Origin: Naegleria gruberi
Lineage: Eukaryota
NCBI GenBank assembly: GCA_000004985.1
Contig: GG738928.1
DNA length: 64,000 nt
Direction: 5' to 3' (one strand)
The notes beneath the pieces are model-generated. The model worked only from the letters and a program-made list of their open reading frames with translations. It was not told the origin of the DNA and did not search any database. Positions within the stretch are counted from its first letter, which is position 1; every line of letters begins with the position of its first letter. The position numbers and the translations under genes were made by a program. Of this stretch, positions 32,011 through 44,150 are shown piece by piece.

Positions 32011-32730
32011 AAATTAGGATCCAACCTGTTGCTAAATAGTTTTAGATTTTCACAGTCTGTTTCATCCAATGCTGAACTGTACTACGTAGTCACAATTCGA
32101 CAGCCCTGATATTTCAAACTGATACTAAATGGATGTTTAACATCATGAGATAATTAATATAATAAATAATCCAAATAAAATTGAAATTGAAAAAGTGGAA
32201 TATAATAATAATAATTTAATACTTTATATTAATATTTGTATTGAAGTACACAACTTGTGGACATTATCGAAATCATAAGTAAATCTTCCACTTTCCAAAT
32301 TAAAAGTTGTCTGCTAACTTCTTGAAACCAATCTATTGATGTTAATAGTGACTATAATCAATTACCACAGAACTTTCGTTTACAATTTTCTATGGATTGT
32401 TGTTGATAACATGTTCTATTAATTGGTAAAAAGTTTTGTTGTATGTGATATTTGTAACATTTCAATTATTAATTTTGGACGGGAAGCCTGCCAGGAATAT
32501 GGCGACTATCCCGCTACTTTGACTGTATGAACAGTGAAGGCAAGAGTTCTGGACGAATCTTGTTGTGTTCAAATAACAGGTTGTTGAAGAATTAAACAGG
32601 TTTGATCACCCCCTATTTATTGAACATTCGACATGTTGAATTACTTGATGCAAATTTTGGTTTGATAATTTTAGATCAAATCGAAATTGAAACTTCTGAT
32701 TTTATTTACAATATTATATCGATTTGGTAT

Positions 32731-33165
32731 TTAACAACCTCCTCTCAGTCTCAACACTAAATGCACAGTTGAATCCTTTTGAAGATTGTAATCACTAACT
32801 GTTCTTCCATCTTCCAATTGTTTTCCTGCATAAATCAATCGTTGTTGATCTGATGGAATTCCCTCCTTATCAAATATCTTTTGTTTCAAATGTTCAACAG
32901 TATCATTCGATTCCATTTCAATTGTAATTGTCTTTCCAGTTAGGGTTTTTACAAAAAGTTGCATTCCTCCTCTCAATCTCAATACCAAATGAAGTGTTGA
33001 ATCTTTTTGAATGCTATAATCATTAATAGTTCTTCCATCTTCTAATTGTTTACCTGCAAAGATGAGTCTTTGTTGATCGGATGGAATTCCTTCCTTATCT
33101 TGAACTTTTCTCTTGACATTTTCAATTGAGTCATTATGGAATTTCCCTTGAAAATCTTCAACAAT
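32731..33165 (-). CDS. Divergent di-ubiquitin-like open frame (5'-truncated Ub-like unit, then a full Ub-like unit ending RLRGG-C); possible pseudogene or missing upstream exon
   Basis: Unit 2 is [77 protein letters not shown], about 75% identical to canonical ubiquitin. Unit 1 starts at [28 protein letters not shown]… directly after an in-frame TAA (33166-33168) and has no ATG. Confidence 0.55.
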   Translation of the reverse strand: MVEDFQGKFHNDSIENVKRKVQDKEGIPSDQQRLIFAGKQLEDGRTINDYSIQKDSTLHLVLRLRGGMQLFVKTLTGKTITIEMESNDTVEHLKQKIFDKEGIPSDQQRLIYAGKQLEDGRTVSDYNLQKDSTVHLVLRLRGGC

Positions 33166-34101
33166 TTAACTGAAACAATTCGAAGTATTTTTAGAAAAGT
33201 GTTCAAGTGTTGCTAACTTTTTTTAAGGACATGTTGAACAACTTTGTTTCACGACGCAAATTGTTGACTTGCTGTTCATTCATTGTAACTGCAACCAGCA
33301 AAAAGCATCAAGAATTATCCTCTATGAATTTTCTTGATAGAAAGTGTTGATTTTCCTTCAAGTTTACTCGAATTGTTCTTTTCAGCATGCATCGTGTGAT
33401 AAACAAGCTAGCACTTTTCGCTTGTGAAATCTATTTCCTGTTGTTCTTGTTCGAAATTAGTGATATTTTAAACTATTACAAACTAACCATACAACCTCAT
33501 TCCCATTTCATCATCAAGTAGTAAAGCGAGTGAAGTTTTTCTTGAATTCCACCATTAAGAACAAGGTAGGAAGGTAATCAATTCGAAGTACATGTTGTTT
33601 CAAATATTGGGGATTGGTTTAATCTGCATGTAAACTCGTATTCAAATCATATATGATGATTGTCCATGTGTACATGTCCACATGAAGTGGTAATTTTTTA
33701 GTCAGTTATCAATTTATTAATCACACAAGTTTCAATGAGTTCCCATTCAATGGATTGAAGCTGATGTGATCATGACGGTTAAAAGAGAATATTGTAAACT
33801 AAATATCCTCCCTATTACAATAATCCCACTTTTGCTGTATCCTATTCGATAGTAAGATGCATTGGAAGAAACTGAGGTGTTACCATTCCTCTTACTGACT
33901 TCTCAATAAGGTTGTTCCACAAATGTTCAACCAATTCAATTCTCAGAAAACCATTGAACTCTATTAAACTCCATTGTAACTGTTGTAATCTTATTCTTTA
34001 AAAATTGCTATAAATTCATATTACCATTCATTCAATCATTAAACAAATCAAAAAACAAATTCAACAGCTGAATAACTCAAAAACTATTAAAATCTTAAGA
34101 A

Positions 34102-34638
34102 ATGACTGAACAAACTCACGAAGAATTATTCAACCAAAACATGTGTGGAAGTGGTTTGGCATTCAAGAAGGTAGTTCGTGAATTATTCAACAATCGAATT
34201 GTTCCTGCTACTAAGAATCTTCAACAAGTCAATCCAAAGATGATCATCTTGTTGGATTGGGCTTCTCTTGCTGCATTGCCAACTGAAACCAAGTACAAGT
34301 ATGGTGATAGATTTGCTGAAGATACCTTGTTGAATAATTGTATCAAATTCTTAACCGAATGTCCAAGATTGAGCAATATGGGTGAAATTGGAAAGGTTTT
34401 CATCAAGGATCCTGATTGTAAGGATGCTTTCATGGGATTGGAAAAGTTGATTTTCAGAGTTGTTCACAATGCTGATAGTAAGGATTCTTCTGGTTTCCTT
34501 GGCTATTCTTACAAGGTTAATGGTTCTGATTTCGTTGTCACTTTGGAATGCAATTTGACTCTTGTTATGAAGGTTGCCAATGAAAGACAAAGTCCATCTG
34601 CTGATTCAGAAGCTAAAAAGTTGATTAATGCTTTCTAA
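34102..34638 (+). CDS. Hypothetical protein (178 aa)
   Basis: Clean single ORF with ATG in A-rich context. No recognisable motif. Confidence 0.5.
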   Translation: MTEQTHEELFNQNMCGSGLAFKKVVRELFNNRIVPATKNLQQVNPKMIILLDWASLAALPTETKYKYGDRFAEDTLLNNCIKFLTECPRLSNMGEIGKVFIKDPDCKDAFMGLEKLIFRVVHNADSKDSSGFLGYSYKVNGSDFVVTLECNLTLVMKVANERQSPSADSEAKKLINAF

Positions 34639-34732
34639 TGATTTTTTAAATGGCATTACTTAATGAATCAATATTGATATCAATAAAAACAAGCTTCTTT
34701 GTTGAATTTGTATTAAAGTGTAAAATCTGCAA

Positions 34733-34737
34733 CAAAA
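34733..34737 (-). terminator. Pol III T-run terminator downstream of the 5S gene
   Basis: TTTT(G)TT on the minus strand immediately 3' of …GTAGTC. Confidence 0.4.
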
Positions 34738-34855
34738 GACTACAGCACCACAGGTTCCCAAGTTGTCTCCAACCTCAGCACTGATGTGGCTCGACGATGC
34801 TTAACTTCTCAAATCGGACGGGATGAGGTGCATTCATCGTGATATGGCCGTAGCC
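34738..34855 (-). rRNA. 5S ribosomal RNA
   Basis: Minus strand reads GGCTACGGCCATATCACGATGAATGCACCTCATCCCGTCCGATTTGAGAAGTTAAGCATCGTCGAGCC…TTGGGAACCTGTGGTGCTGTAGTC (118 nt). Helix I is closed by GGCUACGG/CUGUAGUC. Conserved CCCGUC-GAU…GAAGUUAAGC and UGGGAA…GGUGCUGUAG blocks are present. Confidence 0.85.
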
Positions 34856-35648
34856 ATTCACATCCTTAATATTAAAGTTTATTAATATTGTAAAACGTAT
34901 AATTCTATAATTGGAAATTTCATTCATTTGACTATCAGAAATTATTAACTTCGACATATATTGAATTTGCAATATTATTATCCTAAAAAAGAAAAGAATG
35001 ATAGAAAGTTGTGTAATCTATTTTTAAAACTAGAGTGTTGAAGTCTTAATTTCCATATTGAAACTGTTGGTTAATTTAGAAACCAATAAAACCACAATAA
35101 CAAATACAATTTCTCTTTTCTCCTTTCCAAAACTATATTTTAGAGCTAATTATATTGAGTATTACAAATAGTTACCATTTAATGGAACAACAGACCACTA
35201 AGTCAGTGAATCTCCCTAAGTAACTGGAAGATCCACTTACTACTGGTAAAGTAGTTGGGAATCGAGAGAGAGGATTTCTTAAAAAAGAAGTCAGCTCTCA
35301 ACATATCCCGATAAGATGAACTGTATGTAATTCTTTTGCATATTTTGATAAGGAAATTAAAATTGTCTGACGTAATTTGTACGAAACCTGCAATTTTGAA
35401 ATTCTTCAATAAGATTCCAATTCAAGAGCTGCCACAAAATGAAAAACAACCTGTTGAAAATAAATTTCTCTTTTAAAATCAAATAAAAATTAAGAACTAT
35501 CATATTTTATTAACACAGCTTCTTATGATAAAGGTTGTGTTAATAAAATTAGCTTAAACTGCAATAGCTCATAATAAATTAGTAAAAGATTTAATTTGAA
35601 TTATCTTTATGAACTTTAGAGTATAAATTATAGTTTAATAAATTAATC

Positions 35649-36725
35649 TTAGTGTCTTGGACCGTAGTCTCTACTGTCTCTAGGACGAGATTCAAACTCA
35701 TTACGAGATGATCCTTGATTGTTGTTCTTATTTGAATCATTGGTTGTTCTTCCATATGAAGGTCTATCAGAATAATTTCCATAAGATTGATGTCTGTCAT
35801 AATATGCTCCTCCTCTATTGTTGTTGTTATTGTAAGAACGAGGTGGTGGAATTTCAATTTGATTTGAATTATCAGACACTCTACCATAAGAAGATGTTGG
35901 ACCATAATAGGATGAAGAATTATTTCTTGAATCAACTCTTCCATAGTGAGGTGAATTATTTTGTGGAGGAGGGTAAGGTTGATATCTATTATTATTATTG
36001 TTGGAATAGTGATAATCACGAGTTGATCGTGGATTTCTGTATGGTGATGATGGCCTAGAAGATGACGATCCATATCGATCTCGATCATCTCGGAATGGAG
36101 GAGAAGGTGGAGAATAATTATCAGAGTGACGATGATGATCTGATCCATTGTTTCCTCCACGATGATAGTCATTATTATAGGATGATGATCTGCTACTATC
36201 ACGATCATTATCATAAGATCTTCTACCAGACATTGAACCTCCTCCTCTTGGTTCTCTTCCACCTCTTGGTCCTCGTTTCTTTAGCATCTTTATATAATCA
36301 TCTCTCTTCATACCACCATCTTTTCCTCTTCCGTATTGTCTCCCTTCTACGAAACCTGTATCGATGGCAATTTTAAGAGCACGATTATTTAATTTACATC
36401 CTCTACAATATTTAACGCATTCCTCTGCATCGGATCTGTGATAGAACTCAACAAAACAAAATCCACAAGGTGTTAACGTATTTCTATTTAAACCCATTAC
36501 AACTCGCTTAACTTCTCCACATTTTTCAAACAATTCGTATATTTGCTCCTCCTTGGTATAAAAACTTAGATTTTCTACATAGATTGTTGAAGATTGAGAA
36601 AGTGCCCTCTCGAAATCCTCTTCATTTCCGCCCTCATTTACATAGTGTTTTAATAAATATTCATATTCTCTCTTGCTTCCGTGAAAAAATTTTAAAGGAT
36701 GATGAGCTTCGAGAAGATGAGCCAT
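35649..36725 (-). CDS. Nuclear cap-binding protein subunit 2 (CBP20/NCBP2) with long RG/RS/Tyr-rich C-terminal tail
   Basis: [61 protein letters not shown]…[20 protein letters not shown] is the CBP20 RRM almost motif for motif. The track start at 36788 is a GTG; the real start is ATG at 36725 (AAAAAAAATGGCT; MAHLLEA…). Confidence 0.85.
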   Translation of the reverse strand: MAHLLEAHHPLKFFHGSKREYEYLLKHYVNEGGNEEDFERALSQSSTIYVENLSFYTKEEQIYELFEKCGEVKRVVMGLNRNTLTPCGFCFVEFYHRSDAEECVKYCRGCKLNNRALKIAIDTGFVEGRQYGRGKDGGMKRDDYIKMLKKRGPRGGREPRGGGSMSGRRSYDNDRDSSRSSSYNNDYHRGGNNGSDHHRHSDNYSPPSPPFRDDRDRYGSSSSRPSSPYRNPRSTRDYHYSNNNNNRYQPYPPPQNNSPHYGRVDSRNNSSSYYGPTSSYGRVSDNSNQIEIPPPRSYNNNNNRGGAYYDRHQSYGNYSDRPSYGRTTNDSNKNNNQGSSRNEFESRPRDSRDYGPRH

Positions 36726-37056
36726 TTTTTTTGTATCTAAATTTTTATTCTTCCCCTTCAACATTAATTCATCGAGCCTTCTTTGCACAAAGGAATATCA
36801 ACACCACAAACATAGCTTAGCATAGCAGACAAAGAGGCTTTGACAGAGTTGTGGATTCTTTGCCATCACCCTTGACTAGACATGGTACAAGAAAACATTT
36901 TGCACAACATTGGAATGCCCTTTGAAATGAATTATCATAACATACACACCATTAATACCTTACTGCCCTCTTATTGTGACAGGTCCATTTATCTATTGTT
37001 TATTGTCACAGCACAGTATGAGGACACAGTAATGAATTAACATCTTCTTTTAAAAA

Positions 37057-40000
37057 ATGCCTCAAGATAGAAGGGCCAACCTCTTGCTCTTGATTATCAC
37101 AGTTATTTTGTGTTTCGCAGCAACGGCCGACTTGTCTAAGGGAATTTTAACGGAGGCAGAATATCAAACCTACATCTCCAATTCATGCCCTTCTAAGCCT
37201 CTCTCCACTGATGCTTGGTACTCTGAGGAAAGTAACTTGATAAATATTATTCTTGCGGGTGATAATTCAAAGCTTCCTCTGATCTACCCTCAGGAGTATT
37301 CGACGAATAACACTATTGTAAGGGATGATATTCTCAATACAACTACAACAAGCAACTCTTCACCAGCAACAACAATATTACAATCAGGAAACAATACAAC
37401 AGTGAACAACTCCTCCTCAACAAGCAACACAACTATTACCATTATTCAAGGGTGGGATGATCTTCTCAAAGTTCTTAATGAGACTTTGAAACCCAACGCT
37501 ACCCTCGCTGATAACTCAACAAGTGGAAATAATAGTTCTCTAGGATCGAATGGTTCAATCATTTTTAATTCCACCAATTCACAAACAACTACTAATGGAA
37601 ATGTACCTCTGTTGAATACTACCCTTAACTCAACCACAAACTCTAGCCCTTCTGTTGGAACAAATACAACAAATACTCAGTTATCCTCCAATACAACCCC
37701 TAGTGTTATTTCGAATAGTACTGGTACAGCTTCGACAATCAATTCCACTAATGCTAACCTGAACACAGTGAATGGAACAAGCGGAAGTACAGAAATTGGT
37801 TCGACCTATGGATCCAACAGCACTTCTGGTCAAGGTAATAGCACAACCACGAACACGCCATTTGGTTCTAACTCTAATTCCATAGGATCAACAATAGTAA
37901 CTAACGGAACTGTTGCAGCCGGTGCAATTTCTAGTTCAACAGTAACCTCAAACGGTGGGTATGTTGGCTCCAATACCTCTGGTTCAATAAGCACAACTTC
38001 AACTGGATCTAATAGCCAAGGATTAGGATCTAGCTCCTCCACAAATGTCTCTGCTAATAATACTGCAACTGTTAGTGGACCTTCAAGTGGATTTAATTCT
38101 ACTTCTGGGGCAACTTCTGGGGCAAACAACGGTTCCGTTACAACAAGTACTGGAACAAATGGTCAATCAACTACTGGAACAAGCTTAGGATCGACCTCCT
38201 CTAATGGTTCAAACAGTGGTTCAACTAATGGAACAAATACAGGTTCCGTTTCCACAAGTACTGGAACAAGTGGTTCCTCTTCAAGTGTTTCAACAAACTC
38301 AGGATCAACAAGCTCTTCTAACTCTGGTTCAACTAATGGAGCAAACACCGGATCAATTGGCGTTTCTAACTCTGGATCTTCTATTGGAACAAATACTGGT
38401 TCTGGTTCAACAATCACTGGAACCAGTTCAGGTTCTTCAACTAGTTCTAACACCAATACAGGAAACAATAATGTCTCCAATTCTGGATTAAATGGTCAAG
38501 GAACAAATTCTACTTCAAGCTCCTCAGCTACTAACATTTCAGGTTCAAATAATACTGGATCAAGTAATCAAGGAAGTAATTCAGGATCCAGTTCTACTGG
38601 AACAAGTAGCACTTCAAGTACTGGATTAAATGGTAGCGTTTCTTCAGGTGGTTCTAACACTGGAACAAATGGAGTATCAAATAATGGATCAGCAACTGGC
38701 ATTGCTCCCAATGTCTCTGGAACAAGTGGTAGTTCCTCTTCAAGTGTTTCAAACACTGTCTCCTCAAACTCAGGTTCGAGTGCTAATAATACTTCAACTG
38801 TTAGTGGACCTTCAGCAGGATCTAATTCTACTTCTGGAACAACTTCTGGAGCAAACAGCGGTTCCGTTACAACAAGTACTGGAACAAACGGTCAATCAAA
38901 TTCTGGAGCTAGCTCAGGATCTACCTCCTCTGGCTCTTCAAGTGGTTCGAACAGTGGTCCTGGCTCTAATACTGGTACAAGTGATACTAATACAGGGTCA
39001 ACAAGCTCTTCTAACTCTGGTTCTTCGAGTGGAGCAAGTACTGGTTCAGGTTCTTCAACAAATTCTAACACTAATCCAGGAAACAACAATGTCTCCAATT
39101 CTGGATTAAATGGTCAAGGAACAAATTCTGCTTTAGGCTCCTCAGCTACTAACATTTCAGGAGCAAGTAATACTGGACAAGTTCTACATCTCAAGCTCTG
39201 GATTAAGTAATTCAGGATCCAGTTCTACTGGATCAAGTAGCACTTCAAGTACTGGATTAAATGGTGGCTCTTCTACAGGTGGTTCTAACACTGGAACAAA
39301 TGGAGTATCAAATAATGGATCAGCAACTGGCATTGCTCCCAATGTCTCTGGAACAAGTGGTAGTTCCTCTTCAAGTGTTTCAAACACTGTCTCCGCAAGC
39401 TCAGGTTCGAGTGCTAATACTTCAACTGTTAGTGGACCTTCAGCAGGATCTAATTCTACTTCTGGAACAACTTCTGGAGCAAACAGCGGTTCCGTTACAA
39501 CAAGTACTGGAACAAACGGTCAATCAAATTCTGGAGCTAGCTCAGGATCTACCTCCTTTGGCTCTTCAAGTGGTTCTACCAATGCTGGACCCAATTCTAG
39601 TAGTAATTCAACGGTCAGTGGTGGTTCTTCAAATGCATCTGGTTTTACAAGTACTGGACCGAATACTCAAGGTGGTTCATTATCTGACTCCTCAAATACT
39701 GGAACTGCTAGCACTCCAAGTGCTGGATTAAGTAGTGGATCTTCTTCAGGTGGTTCTAACACTGGGACAAATGGAGCATCAAATAATGTTTCTGGAACAA
39801 ATGGTGGTTCATCTTCTAGTGTAACAAACAGTGGTTCTGGTTCTAATACTGGTATTAATACTGGAACAATTGGCGTTTCTAACTCTGGATCTTCTATAGG
39901 AACTGGGGTAAATACTGGTGCTGGAGCAAGTTCAGGATCTTCAACAAATTCTAACATCAATACAGGAACCAATAGTGTCTCCAATTCTGGATTAAATGGT

Positions 40001-42713
40001 CAAGGAACAAATTCTACTTCAAGCTCCTCAGCTACTAACATTTCAGGTTCAAGTTATACTGGTACAGGAGGTACTACCTCTTCAAGTTCTGGATTAAGTG
40101 GTGGTTCTTCGTCAGGTAATGCTATTACTGGATCAACAACTGGCAACACTGCAAATGTCTATGGAGGAAATGGTGTTATCAATACAGGATCAACCAGCAC
40201 TGGAGCAAATACTGGTTTACCAAGCACAGGACCTTCAACTACTCAATCACTGGAACAATTGGTGTTATCAATTCAGGATCAACGAGCTCTTCTAACTCTG
40301 GATCTTCGCCTGGAGCAAATACTGGTTCTGGTACAACAATCACTGGAACTAGTTCAGGATCTTCAACAAATTCTAACACTAATACAGGAACCAATAGTGT
40401 ATCAGGTTCAAATACTAGTGGCTCTATCACAAGCCCATCCACTGTATCCACTAGCTCTTCTAACATTGGAACAAATACTGGTTCCGGTTCGAGTAATACT
40501 GGAACTTCTAGTAATGGATCAATTGTTTCAAATAGTGGCTCCACAAGTACTGAAACTACTAGCACCCCAAATACTGGATTAAATGGTGGTTTTTATTCAG
40601 GTGGTTCCAACACTGGAACAAATGGAGTATCAAATAATGAATCAACAACTGGTATCACTACAAATGTTTCTGGAACAATTGGGGGTTCATCTTCTAGTGT
40701 ATCAAATAGTGGTTCTGGTTCTAATACTGGTATTAATACTGGAACAATTGGCGCTTCTAACTCTGGATCTTCTATTGGAACAAATAATGGTTCTGGTTCA
40801 ACAATCACTGGAACCAGTTCAGGATCTTCAACTAGTTCTAACATCAATACAGGAAACAATAATGTCTCCAATTCTGGATTAAATGGTCAAGGAACAAATT
40901 CTACTTCAAGCTCTTCAGCTACTAACATTTCGGGTTCAAGTAATACTGGTACAGGAGGTACTACCTCTTCAAGTTCTGGATTAAGTGGTGGTTCTTCTTC
41001 TGGTGGTTCTAACACTGGAACAACTGAATCAACAATTGGCAACACTGCAAATGTCTATGGAGGAAATGGTGTTATCAATACAGGATCAACCATTTCTGGA
41101 ACAAACACTGGTTTACCAAGCACAGGAGCATCAACTACTTCAACAGGCAATCCTGGTTCTGGTTCAGCAAACACTGGAACCACTTCAAACGGTTCTACCA
41201 ATACAGGTACCACAATTAATAGTGGTTCAGGATCTACCAATACAGGTACCACAATTAATAGTGGTTCAGTATCTGGTTCTTCAACAGGTTTAAACAACTC
41301 TGGTTCTTCAACAAATAACAGTAGCTCAACAATTTCTACCACAACAAACCCAGCCACTTCCAGTGGTTCAGGATCTTCAACAAATTCTAACACTAATACA
41401 GGAAACAATAATGTCTCCAATTCTGGATCAAATGGTCAAGGAACAAATTCTGCTTCAAGCTCTTCAGCTACTAACATTTCAGGTTCAAATACTAGTGGTT
41501 CAAGCTCATCTTCTGGTTCTTCTAACACTGGAGCAAATACTGGATTAACAAGCACAGGACCATCCAATACTCCAACCAATAATGGGGGTTCCTCTAATTC
41601 TGGGTCAAGCTCTAGTGGAACTAGTGGTTCAACTTCAGTTATTTTTGGAGCAACAAGCTCCTCCAATCCTAACTCTGGCTCTAATACTGGTACAAGTGGT
41701 GATACCAATACAGGATCAACGAGCTCTTCTAACTCTGGATCTTCGACTGGGGCAAATACTGCTTCAAGCAATGCTGGATCAGGTACAAACAATGGAAACA
41801 ATGGATCAACAAGTTCAAATAGCAATTCAACAAGTTATAGTGCTCTTGATACTCTTCGTAAAGAAATAGAACGATTAGTTACAGATATTATTGGGCGACC
41901 TGATCCAAACCTGCCAACACCAGATCTTCAAAAAGGAATAGACACACTTAAAAATGACATTCTTGGTGTCAAACCTGCCTCACCGACTACTACTAGTCTA
42001 CCACCAACTCAACAAACTCTAACAGCTCAATTAACAACTCACCAACATCAAACAATAATGTTACAAAACCTTCTAACAATACAAACACAACCACAACCCT
42101 TAACGCCTCAAAAAGCACAACCCCAACAAGGAACTCAACCACTACTTCGACTAGTGTATCAACCACAACAACCGATAGTACTTCCAATGCTATTCAGTCA
42201 AGTAATAGAAACAACAATGCTGGAAGTCCAATCAGATGTAAACAGAAATGTCCTGTTAGGTATGAACAGAAAGTGTGTATAACCAAAAGAAAAACCAGTA
42301 GTTCTTCTTCTGTTGTTGCATCCAATATTGTTGCAGTCATGGCAGAGAACATTGCCACCATTAAGAATGGATCACCTGATGGGTTAATAATTGGTTTATC
42401 TGTTGCAGGAGGTGTGTTAGCAATTCTGTGTTGTACAGGATCGTCTATCATTGGATGTGTTCTGTACGCTAAGAGAAAGAGAAATAATTTCTGGAATCTT
42501 TATGAAGATAAAAATGTCAGAATGCTTATGGAGGGTCACATTGATGAAAGTGCATATGCAGATGTTGAATTAGAGGATGATGAAGAATTTGATCCACTAG
42601 AAGCAAAATCTTCTTACTCTGGCTCTAATGAAGATGATTTCAAGTTTGACGAAGAATCAGAAGAATCTTCAGAATCAGATAAACAAGAAGAAGAAATTGA
42701 ATTTGAATATTAA
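37057..42713 (+). CDS. Mucin-like type-I membrane glycoprotein (signal peptide, ~1700-aa Ser/Thr/Gly/Asn repeat region, TM helix, acidic cytoplasmic tail); reading frame broken at least 3 times
   Basis: Signal peptide MPQDRRANLLLLIITVILCFAATA. The S/T/G/N-rich frame runs 37057-39210, continues +1 from about 39190, shifts again near 40250 and again near 41995. The last segment encodes …CKQKCPVRYEQKVCITKRK, TM helix LIIGLSVAGGVLAILCCTGSSIIGCVLYA and an acidic tail ending EEEIEFEY with stop at 42711-42713. Each break looks like a 1-nt indel relative to neighbouring repeat copies. Confidence 0.6.
38040..41560 (+). repeat. Long imperfect tandem repeats (period about 640-730 bp, plus shorter internal periodicity) inside the mucin-like gene
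   Basis: The block …AATACTTCAACTGTTAGTGGACCTTCAGCAGGATCTAATTCTACTTCTGGAACAACTTCTGGAGCAAACAGCGGTTCCGTTACAACAAGTACTGGAACAAACGGTCAATCAAATTCTGGAGC recurs near 38050, 38780 and 39420. GTCTCCAATTCTGGATTAAATGGTCAAGGAACAAATTCT recurs near 38470, 39090, 39970, 40860 and 41410. Confidence 0.8.
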
Positions 42714-42836
42714 AAAACTAGTAATAAATTTAATATCAAATTATATGAGTTTTAATTCCTTAAATCGTTGGAGCGGGATTGAAAGCCATTGAAATAGAAA
42801 CACGAAAACTTCAGCTTGGAAACTAAAAATAAAAAA

Positions 42837-44150
42837 ATGTACAACAATAATAATAATTCATCCTTCTACTCTTCGGGTACAGGATTTGTACCACCAACTC
42901 AGGGTTATTCCTATCAACAACCTCCTCCTATCAATACACAACCTCCTATCAATAATATGAATTCATCTTTTTCCAATCTTCCAAAAACATCCTATTATTC
43001 AGGTACAACAACAACAACAACAGCAGATCAAGCACAAAGAATTAGACAATTACAAGCTGATTCTATAATTAAAAGATTTCATAATGCTAAAATTGTTTCT
43101 ACATTAGATAATAATGTACTTGATGTTCCTATTACATTAAAGAATGGACAACAAATTACTTTCCGTGTTTTAATGCAACAAGCCTTCCCACAACAACCAC
43201 CTCTAATTACTACTCTCTGTACAATTAAACATGCAAATGTTGATTTAAGTGGTTACGTTGTTCATCCACAATTAAGACAATGGACTCAACAATCAAGTCT
43301 TGGAGATGTTTTGACAATAGTTTTTAGAGATTTTATCAACACTCCTCCAAACTATATTTCTGATGAATTACCAAAGAATCATATCACAAAAACAACAGCA
43401 AATATTGGTATGATTACTCCTCCAATCGGATCTACTCCTCCTCCTGGTTTAAATCAAACATCTCCATTGATGTTTAATCAACCTCCAATTAATCAACCTC
43501 CAATGACAAGTTCAACTTATCCTCCAAATAATACAATTCCATCCATGACAAATCCAATGACTAATTCAATGACAAGTACTGTCCCAACAAATACTCAACC
43601 AACTTTCCAAGATTCCTCTTGTATGATTCCTTTACCAAATATTCCAACAAACTTTTCTGAAATTTCTTTACTTGAAGGAGTTGATGCCGTTCAAAAATTA
43701 CTTGATAGTGAAGAATTATTCAAGCAGTTTATTGAAAACTTATCATTTACAAGAGAAGCAAAGAATATTTATCAAGATTTGAGAAATGCCAATATGGATA
43801 TTGCCAAGAGAAGTGTAGAAAAAGATGAACAAATCAATAACACTCTCAAAGAACAAATTACTCAAAAAAAGGCAGAAGTTGACAGACTTTTGGATCAAGT
43901 TCAATTTTTACAAAATAAGCAACAACAACTTTCTCAAAGATATGCACCAACTCAATTATTAATTATGTTAAATGAAAAGATTGATGAAGTTGACAATGAA
44001 AGTGAACAAGTAGGAGATTTGTTCCTTGATAGTCCAACAGCTGAACCACATCAAGTGAAAGAATTTATTGACAAGTATTTGGAAAAGAGAACACTTTATT
44101 ACTTGAGAAGACAAAAACGTGATCGTTTCAAGGATACCTATATTAAATAA
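42837..44150 (+). CDS. VPS37-like ESCRT-I subunit (N-terminal UEV-like domain, C-terminal Mod(r) domain)
   Basis: Real ATG at 42837 (the track start is a TTG). UEV-like block VDLSGYVVHPQLRQWTQQSSLGDVLTIVFRDFINTPP. The C-terminal 150 aa form a coiled coil ending YLEKRTLYYLRRQKRD, typical of Mod(r). Q/P/N-rich linkers. Confidence 0.55.
   Translation: MYNNNNNSSFYSSGTGFVPPTQGYSYQQPPPINTQPPINNMNSSFSNLPKTSYYSGTTTTTTADQAQRIRQLQADSIIKRFHNAKIVSTLDNNVLDVPITLKNGQQITFRVLMQQAFPQQPPLITTLCTIKHANVDLSGYVVHPQLRQWTQQSSLGDVLTIVFRDFINTPPNYISDELPKNHITKTTANIGMITPPIGSTPPPGLNQTSPLMFNQPPINQPPMTSSTYPPNNTIPSMTNPMTNSMTSTVPTNTQPTFQDSSCMIPLPNIPTNFSEISLLEGVDAVQKLLDSEELFKQFIENLSFTREAKNIYQDLRNANMDIAKRSVEKDEQINNTLKEQITQKKAEVDRLLDQVQFLQNKQQQLSQRYAPTQLLIMLNEKIDEVDNESEQVGDLFLDSPTAEPHQVKEFIDKYLEKRTLYYLRRQKRDRFKDTYIK

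Noticed and set aside
33166-33300. Upstream exon for the ubiquitin-like gene (MNEQQVNNLRRETKLFNMSLKK…)
   Set aside because: No donor/acceptor combination joins it in frame to the ubiquitin-like frame; every junction tried introduces a stop.
34775-34972. 65-aa minus-strand ORF (…GYGHITMNAPHPVRFEKLSIVEPHQC)
   Set aside because: It is a translation of the 5S rRNA gene.
35591-36376. ORFs 35591..36262(-), 35708..36058(+), 36062..36376(+) rich in His/Ile/Met or Tyr/Cys/His
   Set aside because: Alternative frames of the RG/RS/Tyr-rich low-complexity tail of the CBP20 gene.
38163-41869. Many 60-160-aa ORFs on both strands rich in Leu/Gln/Val (MVQTVVQLMEQ…) or Pro/Glu/Leu/Val (METLLFPVLVLE…)
   Set aside because: They are the two wrong forward frames and the reverse-complement frames of the Ser/Thr/Gly-codon repeats of the mucin-like gene. 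Same periodicity, no independent start context.
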